Source of the DNA: the human T2T-CHM13v2.0 reference genome, Homo sapiens
Assembly (NCBI RefSeq): GCF_009914755.1
Contig: NC_060939.1
Length of the DNA stretch: 64,000 bases
Strand: one strand, 5' to 3'
Shown here: in pieces, positions 27,901-42,200 of the stretch
How positions within the stretch are numbered: the stretch's first letter is position 1
Layout of the letters: each line of letters begins with the position of its first letter
Position numbers and translations under genes: made by a program
Notes under the pieces: generated by a model
What the model was told of the DNA's origin: nothing
What the model saw: only the letters and a program-made list of their open reading frames with translations
Databases searched by the model: none

Positions 27901-30849
27901 TCCATTTTATTCCAGTCCACTGCATTCTGGTCCATTCCATTTGATTCCATTCCATTCTATTCCATTCCATACAGTTGCATTCCATTGGATTCCATTCTAT
28001 ATCTATAAATTCAATTCGAGACCATTGCTTTTGAGTCCATTCTATATGATTCCATTCCATTCAAGTCCATTACATTTGGTTCAATTCCATTCCATTCCAT
28101 TCCCTTCCATTCCATTCCAGTTGATATCAATCCATTCGATTCCATTCCATTCGAGCACATTCCATTCCACTCCATTCCATTCGATGCCATTCCATTTGAT
28201 TCTATTCCATTAGTCTCCATTCAATTCCATTAATCTCCACTCCATTCCATTCTACTCCAACTGATTCCATTCCATTCTATTCCTTTCCATTCCATTTCAT
28301 TCCATTCCATTCCATTTCATTCCATTCCATTCCATTCGCTTCTATTCCATTCGTGTCCATTCCACTCCAGTCCATTCCATTCGTGTCCATTCCATTCCAG
28401 TCCATTCCATTTGTGTCCACTGCATTCCATTCCACTCCATTCCATATTATTCCATTACACTCCATTCCATTCTATTACTTTCATTTCCATTCAATTCCAT
28501 TCCATTTGATTCCATTCCACTCGGTTTCATTCCATTTGAGTCCACTCCATTCCATTCCATTCCATTCCATTCAGTTCCATTCCATTCTGTTCCATTCCAT
28601 TCCGTTCCATTGCATTCCATTCCATTCGGTACCATTCCATATTGTTCTATTCGATTCCATTCGAATCCATTCCATTCCAGTCCATTCCATTCGATTCCAT
28701 TCCATTCCTTTCAATTCCATTCCATTCCATTCCATTCCACTTGATTCCACTCCATTCCCTTCCACTGCATTCCATTCGATTCCATTCCATTGCATTGCAT
28801 TCCATTCCATTGGACTGCATTCCATTCGATTCCATTCCATTCGAATCAATTACATAGCAATCCATTACATTCGAGTCTATTCTATTCCGTTCCATTCGAT
28901 TTCGTTCCAATCCATTCGATTCCATTCCATTCGATTCCATTCCATACTATTGCATTCCATTCTATTACATTATATTCGAATAAGTTCCATTCAAGACCAT
29001 TTCTTTTGAGTCCATTCTATTTGAGTCCATTCCCTTTGATTCCATAACATTTGAGTCCATTCAATTCCATTCCTTTCGTTTGCATTCCATTTGATGCCAT
29101 TCCATTCAATTCTGTTCTACTCGACTCCAATACATTCAATTCCATTCCATCCGATTCCATTACATTCTTTTCATTTCTTATCCATTTCAAGCCATTCCAC
29201 TCCATTCCGTTCCACTCGTTTCCTTTCCATTCGAGTCCATCACTCTCCAGTCCATTCCGTTCAATCCATTCCATTCCAGTCCATTCCATTCGAGTCCGTT
29301 CCATTCCAGTCCATTCCATTCGAGCCAATTCCATTCCATTCGATGTCTTTCCATAACGATCCATTCCATTCTATTCCTTTCGATTCCATTCCATTCTATT
29401 TCATTCCATTCGATTCCCTTCCATTGGACTCCTTTCCATTCGAGTGCATTCCATTCCGTTCCATTTCTTTCGGTTCTGTACGATTCCTACCTTTCGATTT
29501 CATTTTGTTCCAGTCCATTCCTTTCGCGTCCATTCCATTCCATTTCACTCCATTCGATTCCATTCCACTCGATTCCACTTCGTTCCATTTCATTGCATTC
29601 CATTCTATTCAACTCTATTGCCTTCCATTCCATTCCATTCGATTACATTCCATGCGATTCCATTCGAAATCGAATCAATTACATTGCAATCCATTACTAT
29701 TGAGTCCATTTTATTCCAGTCCACTGCATTCTGGTCCATTCCATTTGATTCCATTCCATTCTATTCCATTCCATACAGTTGCATTCCATTGGATTCCATT
29801 CTATATCTATAAATTCAATTCGAGACCATTGCTTTTGAATCCATTGTATATGATTCCATTCCATTCAAGTCCATTACATTTGGTTCAATTCCATTCCATT
29901 CCATTCCATTCCATTCCATTCCAGTTGATATCAATCCATTCGATTCCATTCCATTCGAGCACATTCCATTCGAGTCCATTCCATTCGATGCCATTCCATT
30001 TGATTCTATTCCACTAGTCTCCATTCAATTCCATTAATCTCCATTCCATTCCATTCTACTCCAACTGATACCATTCCATTCTATTCCTTTCCATTCCATT
30101 TCATTCCATTCCATTCCATTTCATTCCATTCCATTCCATTCGCTTCCATTAAATTCGTGTCCATTCCACTCCAGTCCATTCCATTCGTGTTCATTCCATT
30201 CCTGTCCATTCCATTTGTGTCCACTGCATTCCATTCCACTCCATTCCATATTATTCCATTACACTCCATTCCATTCTATTACTTTCATTTCCATTCAATT
30301 CCATTCCATTTGATTCCATTCCACTCGGTTTCATTCCATTTGAATCCACTCCATTCCATTCCATTCCATTCAGTTCCATTCCATTCTGTTCCATTCCATT
30401 CCGTTCCATTGCATTCCATTCCATTCGGTACCATTCCATATTGTTCCATTCGATTCCATTCGAATCCATTCCATTCCAGTCCATTCCATTCGATTCCATT
30501 CCATTCCTTTCAATTCCATTCCATTCCATTCCATTCCACTTGATTCCACTCCATTCCCTTCCACTGCATTCCATTCGATTCCATTCCATTGCATTGCATT
30601 CCATTCCATTGGACTGCATTCCATTCGATTCCATTCCATTTGAATCAATTACATAGCAATCCATTACATTCGAGTCTATTCTATTCCGTTCCATTCGATT
30701 TCGTTCCAATCCATTCGATTCCATTCCATTCGATTCCATTCCATACTATTGCATTCCATTCTATTACATTATATTCGAATAAGTTCCATTCAAGACCATT
30801 TCTTTTGAGTCCATTCTATTTGAGTCCATTCCCTTTGATTCCATAACAT

Positions 30850-33800
30850 TTGAGTCCATTCAATTCCATTCCTTTCGTTTCCATTCCATTTGATGCCATT
30901 CCATTCAATTCTGTTCTACTCGACTCCAATACATTCAATTCCATTCCATCCGATTCCATTACATTCTTTTCATTTCTTATCCATTTCAAGCCATTCCACT
31001 CCATTCCATTCCACTCGTTTCCTTTCCATTCGAGTCCATTCCTCTCCAGTCCATTCCGTTCAATCCATTCCATTCCAGTCCATTCCATTCGAGTCCGTTC
31101 CATTCCAGTCCATTCCATTCGAGTCAATTCCATTCCATTCGATGTCTTTCCATAACGATCCATTCCATTCTATTCCTTTCGATTCCATTCCATTCTATTT
31201 CATTGCATTCGATTCCCTTCCATTGGACTCCTTTCCATTCGAGTGCATTCCATTCCGTTCCATTTCTTTCCGTTCTGTACGATTCCTACCGTTCGATTTC
31301 ATTTTGTTCCAGTCCATTCCTTTCGCTTCCATTCCATTCCATTTCACTCCATTCGATTCCATTCCACTCGATTCCACTTCGTTCCATTTCATTGCATTCC
31401 ATTCTATTCAACTCTATTGCCTTCCATTCCATTCCATTCGATTACATTCCATGCGATTCCATTCGAAATCGAATCAATTACATTGCAATCCATTACTATT
31501 GAGTCCGTTTTATTCCAGTCCACTGCATTCTGGTCCATTCCATTTGATTCCATTCCATTCTATTCCATTCCATACAGTTGCATTCCATTGGATTCCATTC
31601 TATATCTATAAATTCAATTCGAGACCATTGATTTTGAGTCCATTCTATATGATTCCATTCCATTCAAGTCCATTACGTTTGGTTCAATTCCATTCCATTA
31701 TATTCCCTTCCATTCCATTCCAGTTGATATCAATGCATTCGATTCAATTCCATTCGAGCACATTCCATTCGAGTCCATTCCATTCGATGCCATTCCATTT
31801 GATTCTATTCCATTAGTCTCCATTCAATTCCATTAATCTCCATTCCATTCCATTCTACTCCTACTGATTCCACTCCATTCTATTCCTTTCCATTCCATTT
31901 CATTCCATTCCATTCCATTTCATTCCATTCCATTCCATTCGTGTCCATTCCACTCCAGTCCATTCCATTCGTGTCCATTCCATTCCAGTCCATTCCATTT
32001 GTGTCCACTGCATTCCATTCCACTCCATTCCATATTATTCCATTACACTCCATTCCATTCTATTACTTTCATTTCCATTCAATTCCATTCCATTTGATTC
32101 CATTCCACTCGGTTTCATTCCATTTGAGTCCACTCCATTCCATTCCATTCCATTCCATTCAGTTCCATTCCATTCTGTTCCATTCCATTCCGTTCCATTA
32201 CATTCCATTCCATTCGGTACCATTCCATATTGTTCCATTCGATTCCATTCGAATCCATTCCATTCCAGTCCATTCCATTCGATTCCATTCCATTCATTTC
32301 AATTCCATTCCATTGCATTCCATTACATTCCACTTGATTCCTCTCCATTCCCTTCCACTGCATTCCGTTCGATTCCATTCCATTGCATTGCATTCCATTC
32401 CATTGGATTGCATTCCATTCGATTCCATTCCATTCGAATCAATTACATAGCAATCCATTACATTCGAGTCTATTCTATTCCGTTCCATTCGATTTCGTTC
32501 CAATCCATTCGATTCCATTCCATTCGATTCCATTCCATACTATTGCATTCCATTCGATTACATTATATTCGAATAAGTTCCATTCAAGACCATTTCTTTT
32601 GAGTCCATTCTATTTGAGTCCATTCCCTTTGATTCCATAACATTTGAGTCCATTCAATTCCATTCCTTTCGTTTCCATTCCATTTGATGCCATTCCATTC
32701 AATTCTGTTCTACTCGACTCCAATACATTCAATTCCATTCCATCTGATTCCATTACATTCTTTTCATTTCTTATCCATTTCAAGCCATTCCACTCCATTC
32801 CATTCCACTCGTTTCCTTTCCATTCGAGTCCATTCCTCTCCAGTCCATTCCGTTCAATCCATTCCATTCCAGTCCATTCCATTCGAGTCCGTTCCATTCC
32901 AGTCCAATCCATTCGAGTCAATTCCATCCCATTCGATGTCTTTCCATAACGATCCATTCCATTCTATTCCTTTCGATTCCATTCCATTCTATTTCATTCC
33001 ATTCGATTCCCTTCTATTGGACTCCTTTCCATTCGAGTGCATTCCATTCCGTTCCATTTCTTTCCGTTCTGTACGATTCCTACCGTTCGATTTCATTTTG
33101 TTCCAGTCCATTCCATTCGCGTCCATTCCATTCCATTTCACTCCATTCGATTCCATTCCACTCGATTCCACTTCGTTCCATTTCATTGCATTCCATTCTA
33201 TTCAACTCTATTGCCTTCCATTCCATTCCATTCGATTACATTCCATGCGATTCCATTCGAAATCGAATCAATTACATTGCAATCCATTACTATTGAGTCC
33301 ATTTTATTCCAGTCCACTGCATTCTGGTCCATTCCATTTGATTCCATTCCATTCTATTCCATTCCATACAGTTGCATTCCATTGGATTCCATTCTATATC
33401 TATAAATTCAATTCGAGACCATTGCTTTTGAATCCATTCTATATGATTCCATTCCATTCAAGTCCATTACATTTGGTTCAATTCCATTCCATTCCATTCC
33501 CTTCCATTCCATTCCAGTTGATATCAATCCATTCGATTCCATTCCATTCGAGCACATTCCATTCGAGTCCATTCCATTCGATGCCATTCCATTTGATTCT
33601 ATTCCATTAGTCTCCATTCAATTCCATTAATCTCCATTCCATTCCATTCTACTCCAACTGATTCCATTCCATTCTATTCCTTTCCATTCCATTTCATTCC
33701 ATTCCATTCCATTCCATTCCATTCCATTCGCTTCCATTCCATTCGTGTCCATTCCACTCCAGTCCATTCCATTCGTGTCCATTCCATTCCAGTCCATTCC

Positions 33801-36241
33801 ATTTGTGTCCACTGCATTCCATTCCACTCCATTCCATATTATTCCATTACACTCCATTCCATTCTATTACTTTCATTTCCATTCAATTCCGTTCCATTTG
33901 ATTCCGTTCCACTCGGTTTCATTCCATTTGAGTCCACTCCATTCCATTCCATTCCATTCCATTCAGTTCCATTCCATTCTGTTCCATTCCATTCCGTTCC
34001 ATTGCATTCCATTCCATTCGGTACCATTCCATATTGTTCCATTCGATTCCATTCGAATCCATTCCATTCCAGTCCATTCCATTCGATTCCATTCCATTCC
34101 TTTCAATTCCATTCCATTCCATTCCATTCCACTTGATTCCACTCCATTCCCTTCCACTGCATTCCATTCGATTCCGTTCCATTGCATTGCATTCCATTCC
34201 ATTGGACTGCATTCCATTCGATTCCATTCCATTCGAATCAATTACATAGCAATCCATTACATTCGGGTCTATTCTATTCCGTTCCATTCGATTTCATTCC
34301 AAACCATTCGATTCCATTCCATACTATTGCATTCCATTCTATTACATTATATTCGAATAAGTTCCATTCAAGACCATTTCTTTTGAGTCCATTCTATTTG
34401 AGTCCATTCTATTTGAATCCATTCCCTTTGATTCCATAACGTTTGAGTCCATTCAATTCCATTCCTTTCGTTTCCATTCCATTTGATGTCATTCCATTCA
34501 ATTCTGTTCTACTCGACTCCAATACATTCAATTCCATTCCATCCGATTCCATTACATTCTTTTCATTTCTTATCCATTTCAAGCCATTCCACTCCATTCC
34601 ATTCCACTCGTTTCCTTTCCATTCGAGTCCATTCCTCTCCAGTCCATTCCGTTCAATCCATTCCATTCCAGTCCATTCCATTCGAGTCCGTTCCATTCCA
34701 GTCCATTCCATTCGAGTCAATTCCATTCCATTCGATGTCTTTCCATAACGATCCATTCCATTCTATTCCTTTCGATTCCATTCCATTCTATTTCATTGCA
34801 TTCGATTCCCTTCCATTGGACTCCTTTCCATTCGAGTGCATTCCATTCCGTTCCATTTCTTTCCGTTCTGTACGATTCCTACCGTTCGATTTCATTTTGT
34901 TCCAGTCCATTCCTTTCGCTTCCATTCCATTCCATTTCACTCCATTCGATTCCATTCCACTCGATTCCACTTCGTTCCATTTCATTGCATTCCATTCTAT
35001 TCAACTCTATTGCCTTCCATTCCATTCCATTCGATTACATTCCATGCGATTCCATTCGAAATCGAATCAATTACATTGCAATCCATTACTATTGAGTCCG
35101 TTTTATTGCAGTCCACTGCATTCTGGTCCATTCCATTTGATTCCATTCCATTCTATTCCATTCCATACAGTTGCATTCCATTGGATTCCATTCTATATCT
35201 ATAAATTAAATTCGAGACCATTGCTTTTGAGTCCATTCTATATGATTCCATTCCATTCAAGTCCATTACATTTGGTTCAATTCCATTCCATTATATTCCC
35301 TTCCATTCCATTCCAGTTGATATCAATCCATTCGATTCAATTCCATTCGAGCACATTCCATTCGAGTCCATTCCATTCGATGCCATTCCATTTGATTCTA
35401 TTCCATTAGTCTCCATTCAATTCCATTAATCTCCATTCCATTCCATTCTACTCCTACTGATTCCACTCCATTCTATTCCTTTCCATTCCATTTCATTCCA
35501 TTCCATTCCATTTCATTCCATTCCATTCCATTCGTGTCCATTCCACTCCAGTCCATTCCATTCGTGTCCATTCCATTCCAGTCCATTCCATTTGTGTCCA
35601 CTGCATTCCATTCCACTCCATTCCATATTATTCCATTACACTCCATTCCATTCTATTACTTTCATTTCCATTCAATTCCATTCCGTTTGATTCCATTCCA
35701 CTCGGTTTCATTCCATTTGAGTCCACTCCATTCCATTCCATTCCATTCCATTCCATTCAGTTCCATTCCATTCTGTTCCATTCCATTCCGTTCCATTACA
35801 TTCCATTCCATTCGGTACCATTCCATATTGTTCCATTCGATTCCATTCGAATCCATTCCATTCCAGTCCATTCCATTCGATTCCATTCCATTCATTTCAA
35901 TTCCATTCCATTCCATTCCATTACATTCCACTTGATTCCTCTCCATTCCCTTCCACTGCATTCCGTTCGATTCCATTCTATTGCATTGCATTCCATTCCA
36001 TTGGATTGCATTCCATTCGATTCCATTCCATTCGAATCAATTACATAGCAATCCATTACATTCGAGTCTATTCTCTTCCGTTCCATTCGATTTCGTTCCA
36101 ATCCATTCGATTCCATTCCATTCGACTCCATTCCATACTATTGCATTCCATTCTATTACATTATATTCTAATAAGTTCCATTCAAGACCATTTCTTTTGA
36201 GTCCATTCTATTTGAGTCCATTCCCTTTGATTCCATAACAT
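30850..36241 (+). repeat. Higher-order repeat domain 2: degenerate dimer with ~3593-3598 bp period
   Basis: Units at 30850 and 34443 share TTTCGCTTCC, TTCATTGCATTCG, CCATTATATTCCC and CTCCTACTGA. Units at 32644 and 36242 share CCAGTCCAATCC. Confidence 0.65.
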
Positions 36242-39200
36242 TTGAGTCCATTCAATTCCATTCCTTTCGTTCCCATTCCATTTGATGCCATTCCATTCAA
36301 TTCTGTTCTACTCGACTCCAATACATTCAATTCCATTCCATCCGATTCCATTCCATTCTTTTCATTTCTTATCCATTTCAAGCCATTCCACTCCATTCCA
36401 TTCCACTCGTTTCCTTTCCATTCGAGTCCATTCCTCTCCAGTCCATTCCGTTCAATCCATTCCATTCCAGTCCATTCCATTCGAGTCCGTTCCATTCCAG
36501 TCCAATCCATTCGAGTCAATTCCATCCCATTCGATGTGTTTCCATAATGATCCATTCCATTCTATTCCTTTCGATTCCATTCCATTCTATTTCATTCCAT
36601 TCGATTCCCTTCCATTGGACTCCTTTCCATTCGAGTGCATTCCATTCCGTTCCATTTCTTTCCGTTCTGTACGATTCCTACCGTTCGATTTCATTTTGTT
36701 CCAGTCCATTCCTTTCGCGTCCATTCCATTCCATTTCACTCCATTCGATTCCATTCCACTCGATTCCACTTCGTTCCATTTCATTGCATTCCATTCTATT
36801 CAACTCTATTGCCTTCCATTCCATTCCATTCGATTACATTCCATGCAATTCCATTCGAAATCGAATCAATTACATTGCAATCCATTACTATTGAGTCCAT
36901 TTTATTCCAGTCCACTGCATTCTGGTCCATTCCATTTGATTCCATTCCATTCTATTCCATTCCATACAGTTGCATTCCATTGGATTCCATTCTATATTTA
37001 TAAATTCAATTCGAGACCATTGCTTTTGAGTCCATTCTATATGATTCCATTCCATTCAAGTCCATTACATTTGGTTCAATTCCATTCCATTCCATTCCCT
37101 TACATTCCATTCCAGTTGATATCAATCCATTCCATTCCATTCCATTCGAGCACATTCCATTCGAGTCCATTCCATTCGATGCCATTCCATTTGATTCTAT
37201 TCCATTAGTCTCCATTCAATTCCATTAATCTCCATTACATTCCATTCTACTCCAACTGATTCCATTCCATTCTATTCCTTTCCAATCCTTTCCATTCCAT
37301 TCCATTCCATTTCATTCCATTCCATTCCATTTCATTCCATTCCATTCCATTCGCTTCCATTCCATTCGTGTCCATTCCACTCCAGTCCATTCCATTCGTG
37401 TCCATTCCATTCCAGTCCATTCCATTTGTGTCCACTGCATTCCATTCCACTCCATTCCATATTATTCCATTACACTCCATTCCATTCTATTACTTTCATT
37501 TCCATTCAATTCCATTCCATTTGATTCCATTCCACTCGGTTTCATTCCATTTGAGTCCACTCCATTCCATTCCATTCCATTCAGTTCCATTCCATTCTGT
37601 TCCATTCCATTCCGTTCCATTGCATTCCATTCCATTCGGTACCATTCCATATTGTTCCATTCGATTCCATTCGAATCCATTCCATTCCAGTCCATTCCAT
37701 TCGATTCCATTCCATTCCTTTCAATTCCATTCCATTCCATTCCATTCCACTTGATTCCACTCCATTCCCTTCCACTGCATTCCGTTCGATTCCATTCCAT
37801 TGCATTGCATTCCATTCCATTGGACTGCATTCCATTCGATTCCATTCCATTCGAATCAATTACATAGCAATCCATTACATTCGGGTCTATTCTATTCCGT
37901 TCCATTCGATTTCATTCCAATCCATTCGATTCCAGTCCATACTATTGCATTCCATTCTATTACATTATATTCGAATAAGTTCCATTCAAGACCATTTCTT
38001 TTGAGTCCATTCTATTTGAGTCCATTCCCTTTGATTCCATAACATTTGAGTCCATTCAATTCCATTCCTTTCGTTTGCATTCCATTTGATGCCATTCCAT
38101 TCAATTCTGTTCTACTCGACTCCAATACATTCAATTCCATTCCATCCGATTCCATTACATTCTTTTCATTTCTTATCCATTTCAAGCCATTCCACTCCAT
38201 TCCATTCCACTCGTTTCCTTTCCATTCGAGTCCATTCCTCTCCAGTCCATTCCGTTCAATCCATTCCATTCCAGTCCATTCCATTCGAGTCCGTTCCATT
38301 CCAGTCCATTCCATTCGAGTCAATTCCATTCCATTCGATGTCTTTCCATAACGATCCATTCCATTCTATTCCTTTCGATTCCATTCCATTCTATTTCATT
38401 CCATTCGATTCCCTTCCATTGGACTCCTTTCCATTCGAGTGCATTCCATTCCGTTCCATTTCTTTCCGTTCTGTACGATTCCTACCGTTCGATTTCATTT
38501 TGTTCCAGTCCATTCCTTTCGCGTCCATTCCATTCCATTTCACTCCATTCGATTCCATTCCACTCGATTCCACTTCGTTCCATTTCATTGCATTCCATTC
38601 TATTCAACTCTATTGCCTTCCATTCCATTCCATTCGATTACATTCCATGCGATTCCATTCGAAATCGAATCAATTACATTGCAATCCATTACTATTGAGT
38701 CCGTTTTATTCCAGTCCACTGCATTCTGGTCCATTCCATTTGATTCCATTCCATTCTATTCCATTCCATACAGTTGCATTCCATTGGATTCCATTCTATA
38801 TCTATAAATTCAATTCGAGACCATTGCTTTTGAATCCATTCCATAGGATTCCATTCCATTCAAGTCCATTACATTTGATTCAATTCCATTCCATTCCATT
38901 CCCTTCCATTCCATTCCAGTTGATATCAATCCATTCGATTCCATTCCATTCGAGCACATTCCATTTGAGTCCATTCCATTCGATGCCATTCCATTTGATT
39001 CTATTCCATTAGTCTCCAATCAATTCCATTAATCTCCATTCCATTCCATTCTACTCCAACTGATTCCATTCCATTCTATTCCTTTCCATTCCATTTCATT
39101 CCATTCCATTCCATTTCATTCCATTCCATTCCATTCGCTTCCATTCCATTCGTGTCCATTCCACTCCAGTCCATTCCATTCGTGTCCATTCCATTCCAGT

Positions 39201-42200
39201 CCATTCCATTTGTGTCCACTGCATTCCATTCCACTCCATTCCATATTATTCCATTACACTCCATTCCATTCTATTACTTTCATTTCCATTCAATTCCATT
39301 CCATTTGATTCCATTCCACTCGGTTTCATTCCATTTGAGTCCACCCCATTGCATTCCATTCCATTCCATTCAGTTCCATTCCATTCTGTTCCATTCCATT
39401 CCGTTCCATTGCATTCCATTCCATTCGGTACCATTCCATATTGTTCCATTCGATTCCATTCGAATCCATTCCATTCCAGTCCATTCCATTCGATTCCATT
39501 CCATTCCTTTCAATTCCATTCCATTCCATTCCATTCCACTTGATTCCACTCCATTCCCTTCCACTGCATTCCATTCGATTCCATTCCATTGCATTGCATT
39601 CCATTCCATTGGACTGCATTCCATTCGATTCCATTCCATTCGAATCAATTACATAGCAATCCATTACATTCGAGTCTATTCTATTCCGTTCCGTTCGATT
39701 TCGTTCCAATCCATTCGATTCCATTCCATTCGATTGCATTCCATACTATTGCATTCCATTCGATTACATTATATTTGAATAAGTTCCATTCAAGACCATT
39801 TCTTTTGAGTCCATTCTATTTGAGTCCATTCCCTTTGATTCCATAACATTTGAGTCCATTCAATTCCATTCCTTTCGTTTGCATTCCATTTGATGCCATT
39901 CCATTCAATTCTGTTCTACTCGACTCCAATACATTCAATTCCATTCCATCCGATTCCATTACATTCTTTTCATTTCTTATCCATTTCAAGCCATTCCACT
40001 CCATTCCATTCCACTCGTTTCCTTTCCATTCGAGTCCATTCCTCTCCAGTCCATTCCGTTCAATCCATTCCATTCCAGTCCATTCCATTCGAGTCCGTTC
40101 CATTCCAGTCCATTCCATTCGAGTCAATTCCATCCCATTCGATGTCTTTCCATAACGATCCATTCCATTCTATTCCTTTCGATTCCATTCCATTCTATTT
40201 CATTCCATTCGATTCCCTTCCATTGGACTCCTTTCCATTCGAGTGCATTCCATTCCGTTCCATTTCTTTCCGTTCTGTACGATTCCTACCGTTTGATTTC
40301 ATTTTGTTCCAGTCCATTCCTTTCGCGTCCATTCCATTCCATTTCACTCCATTCGATTCCATTCCACTCGATTCCACTTCGTTCCATTTCATTGCATTCC
40401 ATTCTATTCAACTCTATTGCCTTCCATTCCATTCCATTCGATTACATTCCATGCGATTCCATTCGAAATCGAATCAATTACATTGCAATCCATTACTATT
40501 GAGTCCATTTTATTCCAGTCCACTGCATTCTGGTCCATTCCATTTGATTCCATTCCATTCTATTCCATTCCATACAGTTGCATTCCATTGGATTCCATTC
40601 TATATCTATAAATTCAATTCGAGACCATTGCTTTTGAATCCATTCTATATGATTCCATTCCATTCAAGTCCATTACATTTGGTTCAATTCCATTCCATTC
40701 CATTCCCTTCCATTCCATTCCAGTTGATATCAATCCATTCGATTCCATTCCATTCGAGCACATTCCTTTCGAGTCCATTCCATTCGATGCCATTCCATTT
40801 GATTCTATTCCATTAGTCTCCATTCAATTCCATTAATCTCCATTCCATTCCATTCTACTCCAACTGATTCCATTCCATTCTATTCCTTTCCATTCCATTT
40901 CATTCCATTCCATTCCATTCCATTACATTCCATTCGCTTCCATTCCATTCGTGTCCATTCCACTCCAGTCCATTCCATTCGTGTCCATTCCATTCCAGTG
41001 CATTCCATTTGTGTCCACTGCATTCCATTCCACTCCATTCCATATTATTCCATTACACTCCATTCCATTCTATTACTTTCATTTCCATTCAATTCCGTTC
41101 CATTTGTTTCCATTCCACTCGGTTTCATTCCATTTGAGTCCACTCCATTCCATTCCATTCCATTCCATTCAGTTCCATTCCATTCTGTTCCATTCCATTC
41201 CGTTCCATTGCATTCCATTCCATTCGGTACCATTCCATATTGTTCCATTCGATTCCATTCGAATCCATTCCATTCCAGTCCATTCCATTCGATTCCATTC
41301 CATTCCTTTCAATTCCATTCCATTCCATTCCATTCCACTTGATTCCACTCCATTCCCTTCCACTGCATTCCATTCGATTCCATTCCATTGCATTGCATTC
41401 CATTCCATTGGACTGCATTCCATTCGATTCCGTTCCATTCGAATCAATTACATAGCAATCCATTACATTCGGGTCTATTCTATTCCGTTCCATTCGATTT
41501 CATTCCAATCCATTCGATTCCATTCCATACTATTGCATTCCATTCTATTACATTATATTCTAATAAGTTCCATTCAAGACCATTTCTTTTGAGTCCATTC
41601 TATTTGAGTCCATTCCCTTTGATTCCATAACATTTGAGTCCATTCAATTCCATTCCTTTCGTTCCCATTCCATTTGATGCCATTCCATTCAATTCTGTTC
41701 TACTCGACTCCAATACATTCAATTCCATTCCATCCGATTCCATTCCATTCTTTTCATTTCTTATCCATTTCAAGCCATTCCACTCCATTCCATTCCACTC
41801 GTTTCCTTTCCATTCGAGTCCATTCCTCTCCAGTCCATTCCGTTCAATCCATTCCATTCCAGTCCATTCCATTCGAGTCCGTTCCATTCCAGTCCAATCC
41901 ATTCGAGTCAATTCCATCCCATTCGATGTCTTTCCATAATGATCCATTCCATTCTATTCCTTTCGATTCCATTCCATTCTATTTCATTCCATTCGATTCC
42001 CTTCCATTGGACTCCTTTCCATTCGAGTGCATTCCATTCCGTTCCATTTCTTTCCGTTCTGTACGATTCCTACCGTTCGATTTCATTTTGTTCCAGTCCA
42101 TTCCTTTCGCGTCCATTCCATTCCATTTCACTCCATTCGATTCCATTCCACTCGATTCCACTTCGTTCCATTTCATTGCATTCCATTCTATTCAACTCTA

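Noticed and set aside
34245-34272. Possible CENP-B box created by the TTCGGGTC variant (also ~37880, 41470, 45058, 48646, 50430)
   Set aside because: The box requires TTCG-N4-A-N2-CGGG. Here it reads TCCA-TTAC-A-TT-CGGG, with two mismatches in the essential TTCG. No alpha satellite is present.
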